Source: Escherichia coli
GTDB taxonomy: Bacteria > Pseudomonadota > Gammaproteobacteria > Enterobacterales > Enterobacteriaceae
NCBI RefSeq assembly: GCF_030013205.1
Contig: NZ_CP122648.1
Reading direction: 5' to 3' (one strand)
DNA: 64,000 nucleotides
The translations under genes and the position numbers were made by a program. A model generated the notes under the pieces. It searched no databases. It was not told the origin of the DNA and saw only the letters and a list, made by a program, of their open reading frames with translations. Position 1 is the first letter of the stretch, and the number at the start of each line of letters is the position of its first letter. Below, in pieces: positions 52,225 to 64,000 of this stretch.

Positions 52225-53679
52225 TTAACCTGTGACTTTTTGTTCTCCTGTTTTTTCTGCTGTAGTACGTTTCTTTAATAAGGCGTAGGCCGCAAAGGCG
52301 ACGATGACGCCGACAAACCATGAAACACGAGATAACGGTTCCATAAAGGGAATAAACTTACCGCCAAGAGATAAAATAACGGCCACCAGAGTTACTGAAA
52401 ACGCAGTGAGGTTAAAACCGTTATCGTAATATTTATAATCGCCAGGTGCGGTGTACAGTTCATCAAGATTAATTTGCCCACGCATCACCACAAAATAATG
52501 CGCCATCATGACACCAATTACCGGACCCAGCATTCCGCCGATAATATCGAGGAACAGATAAATACTGTCCTGATTTTCCATTAATTTCCACGGGCAGATC
52601 AGCAGGCTGATAATACTGGCAATCAGTACGCCGTTTTTATAGGTCAGTTTCGTCGGTGCAATAGCGGCAATCTGATAACCAGCCGGAATAATATTACCGG
52701 TGGCGTTAGTGGAGATAGTCGTCATCAGAATAACCAGTACCGCAAAGAACGAGGCAAACAGGCTATCCCAACGCTGAACAATATCCAGCACGTTCCAGGT
52801 GTCAGCGCCGTAGTGAATACTGGCTCCGGCAATAATACATACCCCGGCGACCGCAAACAGAATATAGGCCACAACTAAACCGAGCGTTTGCCCCAGCGCC
52901 TGCTCACGAAACGAGTGGGCGTTTTGCGTAAAGTCGGATGCGCTCACCGCCGGTGCCGCCCAGACCGCAACTACCGCGTTAATCACCACCAGGAACAAGA
53001 ATCCACTGTTTTCTGCTTTCTGAATACCGCTCGGAATGTAGTCAAAGATTGGACCGAGCCCGACCAGCGAAATCGCCCAAATCGCCATACCGCCGAAAAC
53101 GATATAGATGCACGGGTTAAGAATGGCAGTGAATTTATTTAAAACTTTGCCACCGCCAAAACCTATACCAACGTTGACCAGCCAGAAGAGTAAGAAAGTG
53201 ATTAAGCCCGGTAGAGAAAGGCCTAACAGGGTAAAATCACCACCGAGAGTTAAAAATCCCGGCCAGATTTTGCCAATCAGGATCAAGCAGGCCAGCGATC
53301 CGGCGTAACATTGCAGGCCAAACCACATAATGGCAGCAATCCCGCCTCTTAATAATCCGGGAAACAGTGCACCACGTACGCCATAAGAAGCACGCAGGAT
53401 CATGGCAAAAGGCACTCCGTATTTACTGCCCGCAGCACCGTTTAATACCATTACCGCGGCAATGAAAAAGGCGCTGAGGATAATTGCCAGCATAATACTA
53501 AAGGTAGACAAGCCGAGAATAAAAAAGCCACCGACCATCACATAATTGGGAACGTTATGAACCGAACCCATCCATAAGGTAAAATAGTTAAATGTTTTCC
53601 AGGTCCGCTGGCTTTGCGTTTTCGGCAATAGATCTTCGCTATAGCCGCGTTGCTGGAATAGTTTTCTCTGATGTTCCAT
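52225..53679 (-). CDS. ybbW: Allantoin permease (NCS1 family)
   Basis: 484-aa polytopic ORF upstream of allB. Confidence 0.85.
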   Translation of the reverse strand: MEHQRKLFQQRGYSEDLLPKTQSQRTWKTFNYFTLWMGSVHNVPNYVMVGGFFILGLSTFSIMLAIILSAFFIAAVMVLNGAAGSKYGVPFAMILRASYGVRGALFPGLLRGGIAAIMWFGLQCYAGSLACLILIGKIWPGFLTLGGDFTLLGLSLPGLITFLLFWLVNVGIGFGGGKVLNKFTAILNPCIYIVFGGMAIWAISLVGLGPIFDYIPSGIQKAENSGFLFLVVINAVVAVWAAPAVSASDFTQNAHSFREQALGQTLGLVVAYILFAVAGVCIIAGASIHYGADTWNVLDIVQRWDSLFASFFAVLVILMTTISTNATGNIIPAGYQIAAIAPTKLTYKNGVLIASIISLLICPWKLMENQDSIYLFLDIIGGMLGPVIGVMMAHYFVVMRGQINLDELYTAPGDYKYYDNGFNLTAFSVTLVAVILSLGGKFIPFMEPLSRVSWFVGVIVAFAAYALLKKRTTAEKTGEQKVTG

Positions 53680-53848
53680 AAATCCCTCTTAATTTCACGT
53701 ATCGAATAACGTTGTTTTAATCTAGCTATGAGGAACAAATAAAATAAAAATATTATTTTTAATACTGAAGCAACATCTTTGGCTGCTTTCTTTTTTTAAT
53801 ATTGCTGGCCGATTCATTTTCTGATATCGGCCATTTTTATTGCGGGTA

Positions 53849-54727
53849 TCAGGCCAGTTTATGGTTAGCCATTAATTCCAGCGCCTGCACTAACGCAGAG
53901 TGATCCAACTGGCTGCCACCGTTTGCCGCACAGGTATTAAACAATTCCTGGCAGGTCGCGGTGTTTGGCAGGTTCAGCGCCAGTGCTTTCGCACTTTGCA
54001 GTGCCAGGTTGAGATCTTTCTGGTGCAGCGCAATTTTGAAACCTGGATTAAAGGTGCGTTTAATCATGCGCTCACCGTGAACTTCCAGAATACGTGAGGA
54101 AGCAAAGCCGCCCATCAGCGCCTGGCGCACACGTACCGGGTCCGCACCGGCTTTTGAAGCAAACAACAAGGCTTCAGAAACCGCTTCAATATTGAGCGCC
54201 ACGATAATCTGATTTGCCACTTTGCAGGTTTGACCGTCGCCGTTACCGCCGACGAGGGTGATATTTTTACCGAGCAATTCAAACAGCGGTTTAACACGTT
54301 CAAATACCGCTTCGTCACCGCCAACCATAATCGACAACGTCCCTTCACGCGCGCCGATTTCACCGCCGGAGACGGGCGCATCGAGATAATCGCCGCCCAG
54401 TTCATTCACCTGACGAGCGAAACGTTTAGTTTCGATCGGGGAAATGGAGCTCATATCAACAATGGTTTTGCCCTTCAGCGAGGCTTTGGTACAACCATTT
54501 TCACCAAACAGAACTTCTTCAACCTGTGGTGTGTCCGGCACCATAATAAAAATGATGTCCGCTGCTTCCGTTACCTGGCGCGCAGTTTCAACACTGACGG
54601 CACCCAGTGACAGTAATTCATCAGCAACCGGACCAATGGTTGTGACATGCAGTTGATGACCGGCTCGCGCCAGATTAATGGCCATCGGTGTACCCATAAT
54701 GCCTAAGCCAATAAATCCCAGTTTCAT
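53849..54727 (-). CDS. glxR: Tartronate semialdehyde reductase 2
   Basis: 292-aa ORF with N-terminal NAD-binding GxGxxG (GLGIMG). Confidence 0.9.
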   Translation of the reverse strand: MKLGFIGLGIMGTPMAINLARAGHQLHVTTIGPVADELLSLGAVSVETARQVTEAADIIFIMVPDTPQVEEVLFGENGCTKASLKGKTIVDMSSISPIETKRFARQVNELGGDYLDAPVSGGEIGAREGTLSIMVGGDEAVFERVKPLFELLGKNITLVGGNGDGQTCKVANQIIVALNIEAVSEALLFASKAGADPVRVRQALMGGFASSRILEVHGERMIKRTFNPGFKIALHQKDLNLALQSAKALALNLPNTATCQELFNTCAANGGSQLDHSALVQALELMANHKLA

Positions 54728-54826
54728 AATTAACCTCTTTTAAATTTCGCTTTTCCTGAATTCAGACAACACGATCCCCTGCCAACTTAGCGGCCTAAAA
54801 AAGCATTGTCTGAATAGCGTTACGTT

Positions 54827-55603
54827 TTAACGGTACGGATCCATCCAGCGTAAACCGGCTTCCGTGGTGGTTTGGGGTTTATATTCACACCCAACCCAAC
54901 CGTTGTAGTCAGAATTTTCGATTACCTTAAAGAGATAATCATAATTAATTTCTCCGGTTCCCGGTTCGCCGCGATGCGGATTATCAGCAATTTGCAGGTG
55001 ACCAATTTTATCGGCCCACTGAGTCATGGTATTAGTTAATTCACCTTCCATCCGCTGCATGTGATAAATGTCATACTGAATTTTCAAATTGCAGCAACCA
55101 ACATCGTCAATCAGTTTCAGTGCCTGCCGAGTTCCGGTGAGATGGAAACCAGGAATATCAAAATGGTTGATAGGTTCAATCAGTAATAAAATATCTTCTT
55201 TCATCAGCATATTCGCGGCATAACGCAGGTTTTCTACAAGCGTTGTGTGAATCTGTTCACTGCTGAAACCAGCCGGCGTTTTACCGACTAGACAGTTAAT
55301 TTTTTTATTACCCAGCGCACGAGCATAACGAATCGCTGCTGCTACGCCATCCCGAAACTCTTCTTCACGACCAGGAATACAAGCAATACCCCGCTCGCCC
55401 GCCGCCCAGTCACCTGCCGGTAAATTGTGCAACGTATGTTCGAGTTTATTACTCGCCAGCACCTGTTTTAATTCTTCAATGTCATAGTCATAAGGGAACA
55501 TAAATTCAACGCCGCGAAAACCACACTGCGCAGCTTTCTCAAAACGGGCGAGAAAATCATATTCACCAAATAACATCGATAAATTAGCAGAGAAACGTAA
55601 CAT
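54827..55603 (-). CDS. hyi: Hydroxypyruvate isomerase
   Basis: 258-aa TIM-barrel xylose-isomerase-like ORF. Confidence 0.9.
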   Translation of the reverse strand: MLRFSANLSMLFGEYDFLARFEKAAQCGFRGVEFMFPYDYDIEELKQVLASNKLEHTLHNLPAGDWAAGERGIACIPGREEEFRDGVAAAIRYARALGNKKINCLVGKTPAGFSSEQIHTTLVENLRYAANMLMKEDILLLIEPINHFDIPGFHLTGTRQALKLIDDVGCCNLKIQYDIYHMQRMEGELTNTMTQWADKIGHLQIADNPHRGEPGTGEINYDYLFKVIENSDYNGWVGCEYKPQTTTEAGLRWMDPYR

Positions 55604-55615
55604 TATTTATCTCCC

Positions 55616-57397
55616 TTATTCATAGTGCATGAAGCAGGTTTCAGTCGGTGCGTCCACTGCATTATCGGCGATATCTTCATTTTCCATGACGTTATCCAGT
55701 TCGCTGCCCATCGAAATATTGGTCACACGCTCGAGAATAACTTCCACGACTACCGGTACCCGATATTGCGCCATTAAGGCTTTCGCCTGTTCAAAGGCTG
55801 GTGCAATATCTTCCGGTTTGAAAACGCGAATCGCTTTACAACCTAAACCTTCCGCTACTTTTACGTGGTCGACGCCGTAACCGTTCACTTCACTGGAGTT
55901 AATATTTTCGAACGCGAGCTGTACGCAGTAATCCATATCAAACGCGCGCTGCGACTGGCGAATCAGCCCCAGATAGGCGTTATTGACCAGTACATGGATG
56001 TACGGAATGTTGAACTGTGCGCCAACGGCCAATTCTTCAATCAGGAACTGGAAGTCGAAGTCACCGGAAATCGCCACCACTTTGCGCTCTGGATCAGCGG
56101 CACAAACCCCCAGCGCCGCCGGAATGGTCCAGCCCAGCGGGCCTGCCTGCCCACAGTTGATCCAGTGGCGGTCTTTAAAGACATGCAGCATTTGTGCCGC
56201 AGCGATTTGTGACAGGCCAATGGTGGTGACATAACAAACATCGCGACCAAAGGCTTTGTTCATCTCTTCATACACGCGCTGCGGTTTCACCGGCACGTTG
56301 TCGAAGTGGGTTTTGCGCAGCAAAGTGCGTTTGCGCTGCTGGCAGTCGGCGACCCATTCTTTACGACACGGCAGACGACCCGCTTTTTGCATCTCCTGCG
56401 CCACTTCAACCAGCAGCGTCAGCGCCGCTTTAGCATCAGAGACAATGCCGAGATCCGGACACAGCACGCGGCCAATTTGCGTCGGCTCAATATCGATATG
56501 AACGATTTTGCGCCCTTCGGTGTATTTCTCTACCGAACCGGTATGACGGTTCGCAAAACGGTTACCGATACCAAACACCATGTCGGACGCCAGTAGCGTT
56601 GCGTTACCGTAACGATGCGCGGTTTGCAGACCCACCATCCCGGCCATCAGTTCATGATCGTCCGGGATACAGCCCCAGCCCATCAGCGTTGGGATCACCG
56701 GAACGCTGGTCAGTTCAGCAAACTGTTGTAACAGTGCAGCTGCGTCAGCATTGATTACCCCGCCCCCGGCAACAATCACCGGACGTTCGGCCTGGATTAA
56801 CATTTCTACCGCTTTTTCGATCTGCATACGGCTGGCAGCAGGTTTGTAGACCGGCAGCGGTTCGTACATGTCAGGATCAAACTCGATTTCCGCAACCTGA
56901 ACGTCGAACGGTAAATCCACCAGTACCGGACCCGGACGACCAGAACGCATCAGGTGAAATGCCTGTTGCAGCACGCGAGGCACCAGCGCCGCTTCACGAA
57001 CTGTAACCGCCATTTTGCTGACCGGCTTGGCGATAGCTTCGATATCAACAGCCTGGAAATCTTCTTTATGCAGACGGGCGCGCGGTGCCTGGCCGGTAAT
57101 GCACAGAATAGGAATGGAATCAGCAGAAGCGGAATAGAGCGCGGTGATCATGTCCGTGCCCGCAGGACCGGAAGTCCCCAGACATACGCCGATATTCCCT
57201 GCCGTTGCGCGGGTATAACCTTCCGCCATGTGCGAAGCACCTTCCACATGACGCGCCAGAATGTGACGAATACCGCCGTGCTTACGCATCGCTGAGTAGA
57301 ACGGATTGATTGCAGCTCCCGGAACGCCGAAGGCGGTGGTGATACCTTCTTTCTCCAGCACATACATTGCCGCGTCAACGGCTCTCATTTTTGCCAT
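55616..57397 (-). CDS. gcl: Glyoxylate carboligase (tartronate-semialdehyde synthase)
   Basis: 593-aa product from [19 protein letters not shown]; ThDP-enzyme family. Confidence 0.9.
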   Translation of the reverse strand: MAKMRAVDAAMYVLEKEGITTAFGVPGAAINPFYSAMRKHGGIRHILARHVEGASHMAEGYTRATAGNIGVCLGTSGPAGTDMITALYSASADSIPILCITGQAPRARLHKEDFQAVDIEAIAKPVSKMAVTVREAALVPRVLQQAFHLMRSGRPGPVLVDLPFDVQVAEIEFDPDMYEPLPVYKPAASRMQIEKAVEMLIQAERPVIVAGGGVINADAAALLQQFAELTSVPVIPTLMGWGCIPDDHELMAGMVGLQTAHRYGNATLLASDMVFGIGNRFANRHTGSVEKYTEGRKIVHIDIEPTQIGRVLCPDLGIVSDAKAALTLLVEVAQEMQKAGRLPCRKEWVADCQQRKRTLLRKTHFDNVPVKPQRVYEEMNKAFGRDVCYVTTIGLSQIAAAQMLHVFKDRHWINCGQAGPLGWTIPAALGVCAADPERKVVAISGDFDFQFLIEELAVGAQFNIPYIHVLVNNAYLGLIRQSQRAFDMDYCVQLAFENINSSEVNGYGVDHVKVAEGLGCKAIRVFKPEDIAPAFEQAKALMAQYRVPVVVEVILERVTNISMGSELDNVMENEDIADNAVDAPTETCFMHYE

Positions 57398-57417
57398 TTT
57401 ATTCCTACCTCTATTAA

Positions 57418-57434
57418 TTGGAAAAATTTTCCAA
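57418..57434. promoter_or_regulatory. AllR operator in the gcl promoter region
   Basis: Palindrome TTGGAAAAATTTTCCAA upstream of gcl; matches the AllR box type as I recall it. Confidence 0.7.
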
Positions 57435-57486
57435 CTTTCAAATTTTGTCAAAAAAACCCGCTCCGCAGAGCGGGATGCGACAGACA

Positions 57487-58302
57487 CTATGGATGTGCTT
57501 TCAGTCCCAACGCCGTGCTGATATCGCGGGCGGTGTCTCTGACCAGCTCACCCTGACTGACAAAACGATCTTCTGTCAGTCTTGATGAAGGCCCGGAGAT
57601 GGAGATAGCGGCAACAACGCTACCTACATCATCGTAAATTGCTGAAGCTATGCAATTCAGACCGACAACATGCTCTTCTTTATCTACGGTATAGCCCAGT
57701 TCACGCGCTTGTTCCAGGTCCTTCAGCAAGGTGGGCATATCCACAAGCGTCGTTGGCGTAAACTGCTGCAAACCGGTTTGCAGAATGATGCTCATCAACT
57801 CCTCTTCCGCCAGCGGATAAAGCAGCGCCTTGCCCGCACCGGAAGCATGCAGCGGCAGACGACTGCCCAGCGGCGCACACATCCTGACCATCGATTTACA
57901 CTCCAACTGACCAATTAATACTGCTTCATTGCCGTTACGAATCGCGACATTGACCGTTTCGCCGGAAAGTAACATCAGGCGGCGCATAAACGGCCCGGCG
58001 ACGGAGAGGACATCGCGGTTATGGATGTACGCCGCACCGACGTTAAAGACACCTAATCCTATATGCCACCAGCCTAACTGACTGTCCTGATAGACAAAAT
58101 CCGCTGCCTGTAAAACCTTCAGCAAGCGAAAGGTCGTGGAGAGCGGCAAATCCAGATTGAGAGAAATATCGCTAACCGACGAACTTCCCCCACTTTTTTC
58201 CAGATATTGCAGAATCGCAATTCCCCGCTCTAATGCCTGTGCGCCCTTCTGTGCCACAGGCTCCGCCTGTCCTGGCCTGCCGCGCCGTCTAACTTCCGTC
58301 AT
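57487..58302 (-). CDS. allR: IclR-family repressor of the allantoin regulon
   Basis: 271-aa IclR-type ORF; terminator hairpin plus T-run at 57452-57478. Confidence 0.9.
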
Positions 58303-58379
58303 ACCTACGTTAACTCCGACCTACAAGTGAGCATAAACAATGAACAATTAGTTTATCTTATGCAAGTCGGTTGCAGGCG

Positions 58380-58862
58380 TCACGCAAAACAGAGTTCCTG
58401 TTCAGGAATACTTTCAACATCACAGTTGTCACTGCCGCCGCGATCGATGGTCAGAAAATCGGTGACGCGCTGCCAGGCGAAAAGTGGGTGATGCCAGACG
58501 TTACGATGGTAATTCACCCCCTGTTCACCGTTGGTGATAAACGCCCGCAGCGTTGACAGGTCTGGTTTGTCGTCACCTAACGCCACGACCACCACAAACA
58601 CTTCACCTTTCATCGGGATAAAGGCCTGAGTACCCAGCGGATGACGTTCGAGTTCGTGAATGGTCAGCGGCAGATTCGCCGGTTGCGCGCGGTTAATGCT
58701 GATAAGCGTACGGTCTTGTTCAAGAATCTCAACCAGCGCCAAATCGTGGTAACGCTCCACCAGGCCATTGTTAATATGGAAAAAATCCCGTTGCTGCGTT
58801 TCGATTACGTCGCCATAAGCACTAAAGGCTTCCTGACTTAACGGTAATACCTGAAGTTTCAT
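58380..58862 (-). CDS. allA: Ureidoglycolate lyase
   Basis: 160-aa ORF in conserved position. Confidence 0.88.
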
Positions 58863-58967
58863 CTCTTTGTCCTTGTAACATAATTCCGTTCAACCACCGC
58901 CGACCGGTCAGCTTGGTTTCAATAACAGGCAATCTAAAACCTTAAGAGAACAACATCAATACAAAAG

Positions 58968-58984
58968 TTGGAATATTTTTCCAA
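58968..58984. promoter_or_regulatory. AllR operator in the allA/allS divergent region
   Basis: TTGGAATATTTTTCCAA, a near-perfect palindrome related to the gcl site. Confidence 0.65.
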
Positions 58985-59091
58985 AACTAGATTTAGTCCA
59001 CAAATTGAACAGGGTTATCATGTAAAAATACTGATAAATCAGAGGATAAGAAAATCACGCAACTTGCGGATTTAAAAGGGGATACCTGAAG

Positions 59092-60018
59092 ATGTTCGAT
59101 CCAGAAACCTTGCGGACTTTCATTGCGGTTGCTGAAACAGGAAGTTTTTCAAAAGCGGCAGAACGATTATGTAAAACCACGGCGACAATCAGTTATCGCA
59201 TTAAACTTCTGGAAGAGAATACCGGAGTGGCGCTGTTTTTCCGCACGACTCGCAGCGTGACGTTGACAGCGGCTGGTGAGCATCTACTTTCTCAGGCCAG
59301 AGACTGGCTGAGCTGGCTGGAAAGTATGCCCAGCGAGCTGCAACAGGTGAATGATGGCGTGGAACGCCAGGTGAATATTGTCATCAACAACCTGCTCTAC
59401 AACCCCCAAGCCGTCGCCCAGCTGCTGGCGTGGCTGAATGAACGTTACCCCTTTACCCAGTTTCACATCTCCCGACAAATCTATATGGGCGTCTGGGACT
59501 CGCTATTGTACGAAGGCTTTTCACTGGCTATCGGCGTCACGGGAACCGAGGCGCTGGCAAATACCTTTAGTCTTGATCCCTTAGGATCGGTGCAATGGCG
59601 CTTTGTCATGGCGGCGGATCATCCGCTGGCGAACGTTGAAGAGCCGCTAACAGAAGCGCAGTTGCGGCGCTTTCCGGCGGTTAATATTGAAGACAGCGCC
59701 CGCACCTTAACCAAACGCGTCGCCTGGCGATTGCCAGGGCAAAAAGAGATTATTGTTCCTGATATGGAAACGAAAATCGCCGCCCATCTGGCGGGCGTTG
59801 GCATTGGTTTTTTGCCAAAATCGCTTTGCCAGTCAATGATCGATAATCAACAACTGGTCAGCCGGGTAATCCCAACGATGCGCCCTCCTTCACCATTGAG
59901 TCTGGCATGGCGCAAATTTGGCAGCGGCAAAGCGGTAGAAGATATTGTGACCTTGTTTACTCAGCGCAGGCCGGAAATCAGCGGATTTTTAGAAATTTTC
60001 GGCAACCCACGCAGTTAA
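59092..60018 (+). CDS. allS: LysR-family activator of allDCE
   Basis: 308-aa LysR-type ORF divergent from allA. Confidence 0.88.
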
Positions 60019-60071
60019 AAATCAAGTTTCCTTGCGCGTTGGCGCGTAAAATAGCGCGCAAGCTGATTTGA

Positions 60072-61181
<1,110 letters not shown>

Positions 61182-61260
61182 TGAGGGACGTATTTGTATT
61201 AGTCGCGACTTGATCTGACACATGGCCTTGAAAGGTTGAGAGTTACCGGTTTTGATATGA

Positions 61261-61668
61261 GTGTCGAATCCTTATCCAAAACAAGAGGTAACTCTCATGC
61301 TTCATACTGCCAATCCCGTCATCAAACACAAAGCCGGTTTGCTCAATCTGGCTGAAGAACTCAGCAACGTATCAAAAGCCTGTAAAATCATGGGCGTTTC
61401 GCGTGAAACGTTTTATCGTTACCGCGAACTGGCCGCTGAAGGCGGTGTGGATGCGCAGATTAATCGTAGTCGCCGCGCTCCTAACCTTAAGAACCGTACC
61501 GATGAGGCAACTGAACAGGCTGTTGTTGATTACACCGTCGCTTTCCCGACACATGGTCAGCACCGGGCCAGCAACGAGCTGCGTAAACAGGGGGTTTTTA
61601 TCTCCGACAGTGGTGTCCGTTCTGTCTGGTTACTCCATAACCTTGAGAATCTCAAAAGACGATACTGA
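61261..61668 (+). pseudogene. ylbG: IS481-like transposase N-terminal HTH fragment (ylbG-like)
   Basis: 135-aa ORF with HTH (CKIMGVSRETFYRYRE) typical of IS481-family transposase N-termini but no catalytic domain; perfect 10-bp inverted repeat (61238-61247 / 61287-61296) flanks the probable ATG at 61297. Confidence 0.55.
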
Positions 61669-62182
61669 ACAAATTTTATCAGGTGACGTTCCGTAAAAAG
61701 TTGTATGGAGTTCTCGATGCAGTCGGCGCGACTATCAGTACCCCCGCTGAACCCTGGACTATCGGGCCGCCGTACTGGAGCATGTCACCCTGGCGTGCCG
61801 CTGGTTTTCCGCTAATGGTTTATTTCCTCTTTCTTTCCCGGCGAGAATTTATTTTAATCCGGAAGGATTATTTATTTTCAGATAGGGACTCACATTAAAC
61901 ACGAAACATTTTAATTAATGCATGGCTGAATATGTATTACACAATGTCAGATATCGTAAAAGACCAGTGCAATTCTATGTAAACTCTCTGACTGTTCATT
62001 TTATTTGTTGTTTCAGGGTCGGAACTCACCCTCAATAAACAACTGAATACGAGTAGATATTCATCGTCTGAGCTATATGGCTTTACACAATAGCCGACAT
62101 GTCTTTTCTCAGTCAGGGATTTTACTTTTCCTCACTACGAAGTTGACGACTTCGATATGGGATAGACTCTTAATTCAAGCAA

Positions 62183-62674
62183 TTACTCTGCACAAGCATC
62201 AGGCAATCCAGCTCCAATATTTGTTATAAAATAATGCGTAACATTAATTTCACCAACAAAAAAAAGGTTTACGCTATCCCCTTGCCCTGGTATTTTACCA
62301 TATTTACACCACACTTTTTTTGTATCTGGATCATTCTCTGATACGATTTTCGCCACTTGTTCCCTGGCCCTCACCGTCAATGTTTTCTTAAACCTCCCCC
62401 CATCATCGATTGTTAGGGAAAAATAAGAAAAAAAATAATCATCTTCTACATTTGTGGATATTGATATATCCACCGCTACATGCGAAAAAAAATCTGGGAG
62501 CCATGTAAAAACCCCATCACTTTCTGGTATTGCCATATAGTTTATGTAATGCTTACTTACAAGAGATTCATCTTTGTGTAAATAAAGATAAGTAGTCACG
62601 CATAAAAAAACAACGATTATAATAGCAAAAATAAATATTACCATCTTTGAGATGTTACTTGAGATAGCCAGCAT
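62183..62674 (-). CDS. Membrane-anchored small protein downstream of the Rhs toxin tip; candidate immunity protein
   Basis: 163-aa ORF overlapping the Rhs stop by 20 nt (or starting at 62644); N-terminal TM helix; AT-rich; position equivalent to ybbC in K-12. Confidence 0.5.
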   Translation of the reverse strand: MLAISSNISKMVIFIFAIIIVVFLCVTTYLYLHKDESLVSKHYINYMAIPESDGVFTWLPDFFSHVAVDISISTNVEDDYFFSYFSLTIDDGGRFKKTLTVRAREQVAKIVSENDPDTKKVWCKYGKIPGQGDSVNLFFVGEINVTHYFITNIGAGLPDACAE

Positions 62675-64000
62675 CTTGTAAAGCCTTTATCGTTTTTTTA
62701 TGCTCTGGATTAATATAATCAATACATCTATTTGAGCAATCTTGTGTTAATGGACATGTCAACCCATGTTCATTAACAGCCAAGTCTTTTTTATTATCTT
62801 CAATCATCTCAGAATGGGATAACTTTACTTTTCTGCCGTACATACCGAACATATTTAACCCGTAATCTCTAATCTCTTTTTCATAACCCAGCCCTTTCGC
62901 TGATCGGCTAACACCAGCGTCATTTAATTTAGACACTCGACAAAATGCCATACAATGGAAAAATTGATCAGTCCCACCTAAATTTAATCTCTTCATATCA
63001 TCATAAGTATCAGATAATATATCCCATGCTCTTTGATGGTTTAGTTGTTCTTTTTTTCGCATTAACGCTACATCTGCAGGACTTAACCCTAATGGATCAA
63101 TACCATTCACCGGATTCAGCGGATACGCATACAGACTCCATCCCCCCGCCAGCCCAATCGGGTCCTGAGTAATATATCGTCCCAGCAACGGATTGTAGTA
63201 CCGGTTCCGGTTATAATACAGCCCTGACTCCTCATCGTGTTGCTGCCCTGGCAGACGGTACGGCTGGTGCAGGTGATGCGGGTTTTCCTCATTCAGCAGG
63301 TTTCCCCACTCATCATACTCCCCGCTCCACGCCGTATTGCCGTCTTCGCTGATGAGCGCCAGCGGCAGCCCCCGGTGGTCACAGTGATAAAGATGAATTT
63401 TTCGCTCAGGTAAATAAACCGGCTCTATCTGTGCCGCCAGCCGCTCCACCGTCAGCCCGCACTGTGCCAGCCACTGGCGGCTTTCACTGCTCACGCGGTC
63501 TGCCCGGATTTCCCCCTCCAGCCTGTCCAGCAGCCGCACCAGTTCAGCCGGGAACACCACGCCGTGTCCGTCCTCGCTCCCTTCCTGCTGGAGCTTCTCC
63601 GCCAGGCTCCGCCGCTGCGTTTTCTCCCGCTCGCCGTTGTCTGTTTCGATGCGGATGAGCGGTGTGAAGCTTCCCGGCTCGTATACCGTCTGGATACGTG
63701 TGCTGTCGGTCTGCACCGTCGTCAGGTGGTCGCCGTCCCAGCCGTACCACGTCACCTCCGGTTTACGCGACAGCGACATCCACCCCGTCAGGTCACGCTC
63801 CCGCCGCCATACCCGTTTCGCCATTCGCCGTCCCAGCGGGTCGTAAAGGTAGCGGCTCTCGACCAGTGGCTCGCCATGCTGTATCCGCGTATAGAACACC
63901 AGGCGGTGCTGGCTGTCGTAGTGGTAGTGGTGGGTCCGCTCGTCGTCCGTCCGTATCACACCCGCCGGGATGCGGTCCGTCTTCTCCGTCAGTCTGCCGT
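62655..64000 (-). CDS. rhsD: Rhs-family protein, C-terminal part with polymorphic toxin tip (N-terminus lies beyond the window); rhsD locus
   Basis: Open frame to the window edge; canonical main-family core end ([23 protein letters not shown]...[11 protein letters not shown]) followed by a ~143-aa AT-rich tip; position next to ylbG/selU matches rhsD in K-12. Confidence 0.8.
   Translation of the reverse strand, partial: GRLTEKTDRIPAGVIRTDDERTHHYHYDSQHRLVFYTRIQHGEPLVESRYLYDPLGRRMAKRVWRRERDLTGWMSLSRKPEVTWYGWDGDHLTTVQTDSTRIQTVYEPGSFTPLIRIETDNGEREKTQRRSLAEKLQQEGSEDGHGVVFPAELVRLLDRLEGEIRADRVSSESRQWLAQCGLTVERLAAQIEPVYLPERKIHLYHCDHRGLPLALISEDGNTAWSGEYDEWGNLLNEENPHHLHQPYRLPGQQHDEESGLYYNRNRYYNPLLGRYITQDPIGLAGGWSLYAYPLNPVNGIDPLGLSPADVALMRKKEQLNHQRAWDILSDTYDDMKRLNLGGTDQFFHCMAFCRVSKLNDAGVSRSAKGLGYEKEIRDYGLNMFGMYGRKVKLSHSEMIEDNKKDLAVNEHGLTCPLTQDCSNRCIDYINPEHKKTIKALQDAGYLK

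Overview
The window reads as an Escherichia coli chromosomal segment, colinear with (and inverted relative to) the K-12 cusS to rhsD interval as I recall that map. No alignment or database search was run, so all gene names are from reading the translations. The core content is: the 3' part of cusS, nfrB-nfrA-ybcH-envY, tRNA-Arg argU, fimZ with the sfmFHDCA fimbrial operon, folD-ybcJ-ybcI, cysS, ppiB-lpxH-purE-purK, the fdrA-ylbE-ylbF-ybcF cluster, the allantoin/glyoxylate regulon (allD/allC/allE, glxK, ybbY, allB, ybbW, glxR, hyi, gcl, allR, allA, allS) and selU. Three accessory blocks interrupt this backbone. (1) About 8 kb between cusS and nfrB holds an orphan, C-terminally short vgrG fused out of frame to an N-terminally truncated Rhs protein. 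That Rhs protein ends in an AT-rich tip carrying an HExxH motif, followed by a small candidate immunity ORF and an ISAs1-family H-repeat transposase. (2) About 10.3 kb between envY and argU is a degraded, mosaic prophage bounded by a 45-bp direct repeat of the tRNA 3' end. It carries ompT, a secreted alpha/beta-hydrolase, a SAM-methyltransferase flanked by ~120-bp direct repeats, an apparently intact cI/cro/CII-like immunity region, a structured GC-rich non-coding segment, yfdP/yfdQ-like genes and a chimeric HD-domain/integrase ORF. (3) The last 1.8 kb holds the C-terminal end of a second Rhs protein with its own toxin tip and a membrane-anchored candidate immunity gene, next to an IS481-like transposase fragment. 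The most promising unexplored candidates are the HExxH Rhs tip with its partner ORF and the structured RNA region plus antisense zinc-ribbon gene inside the prophage remnant. No CRISPR array or rRNA gene was seen.
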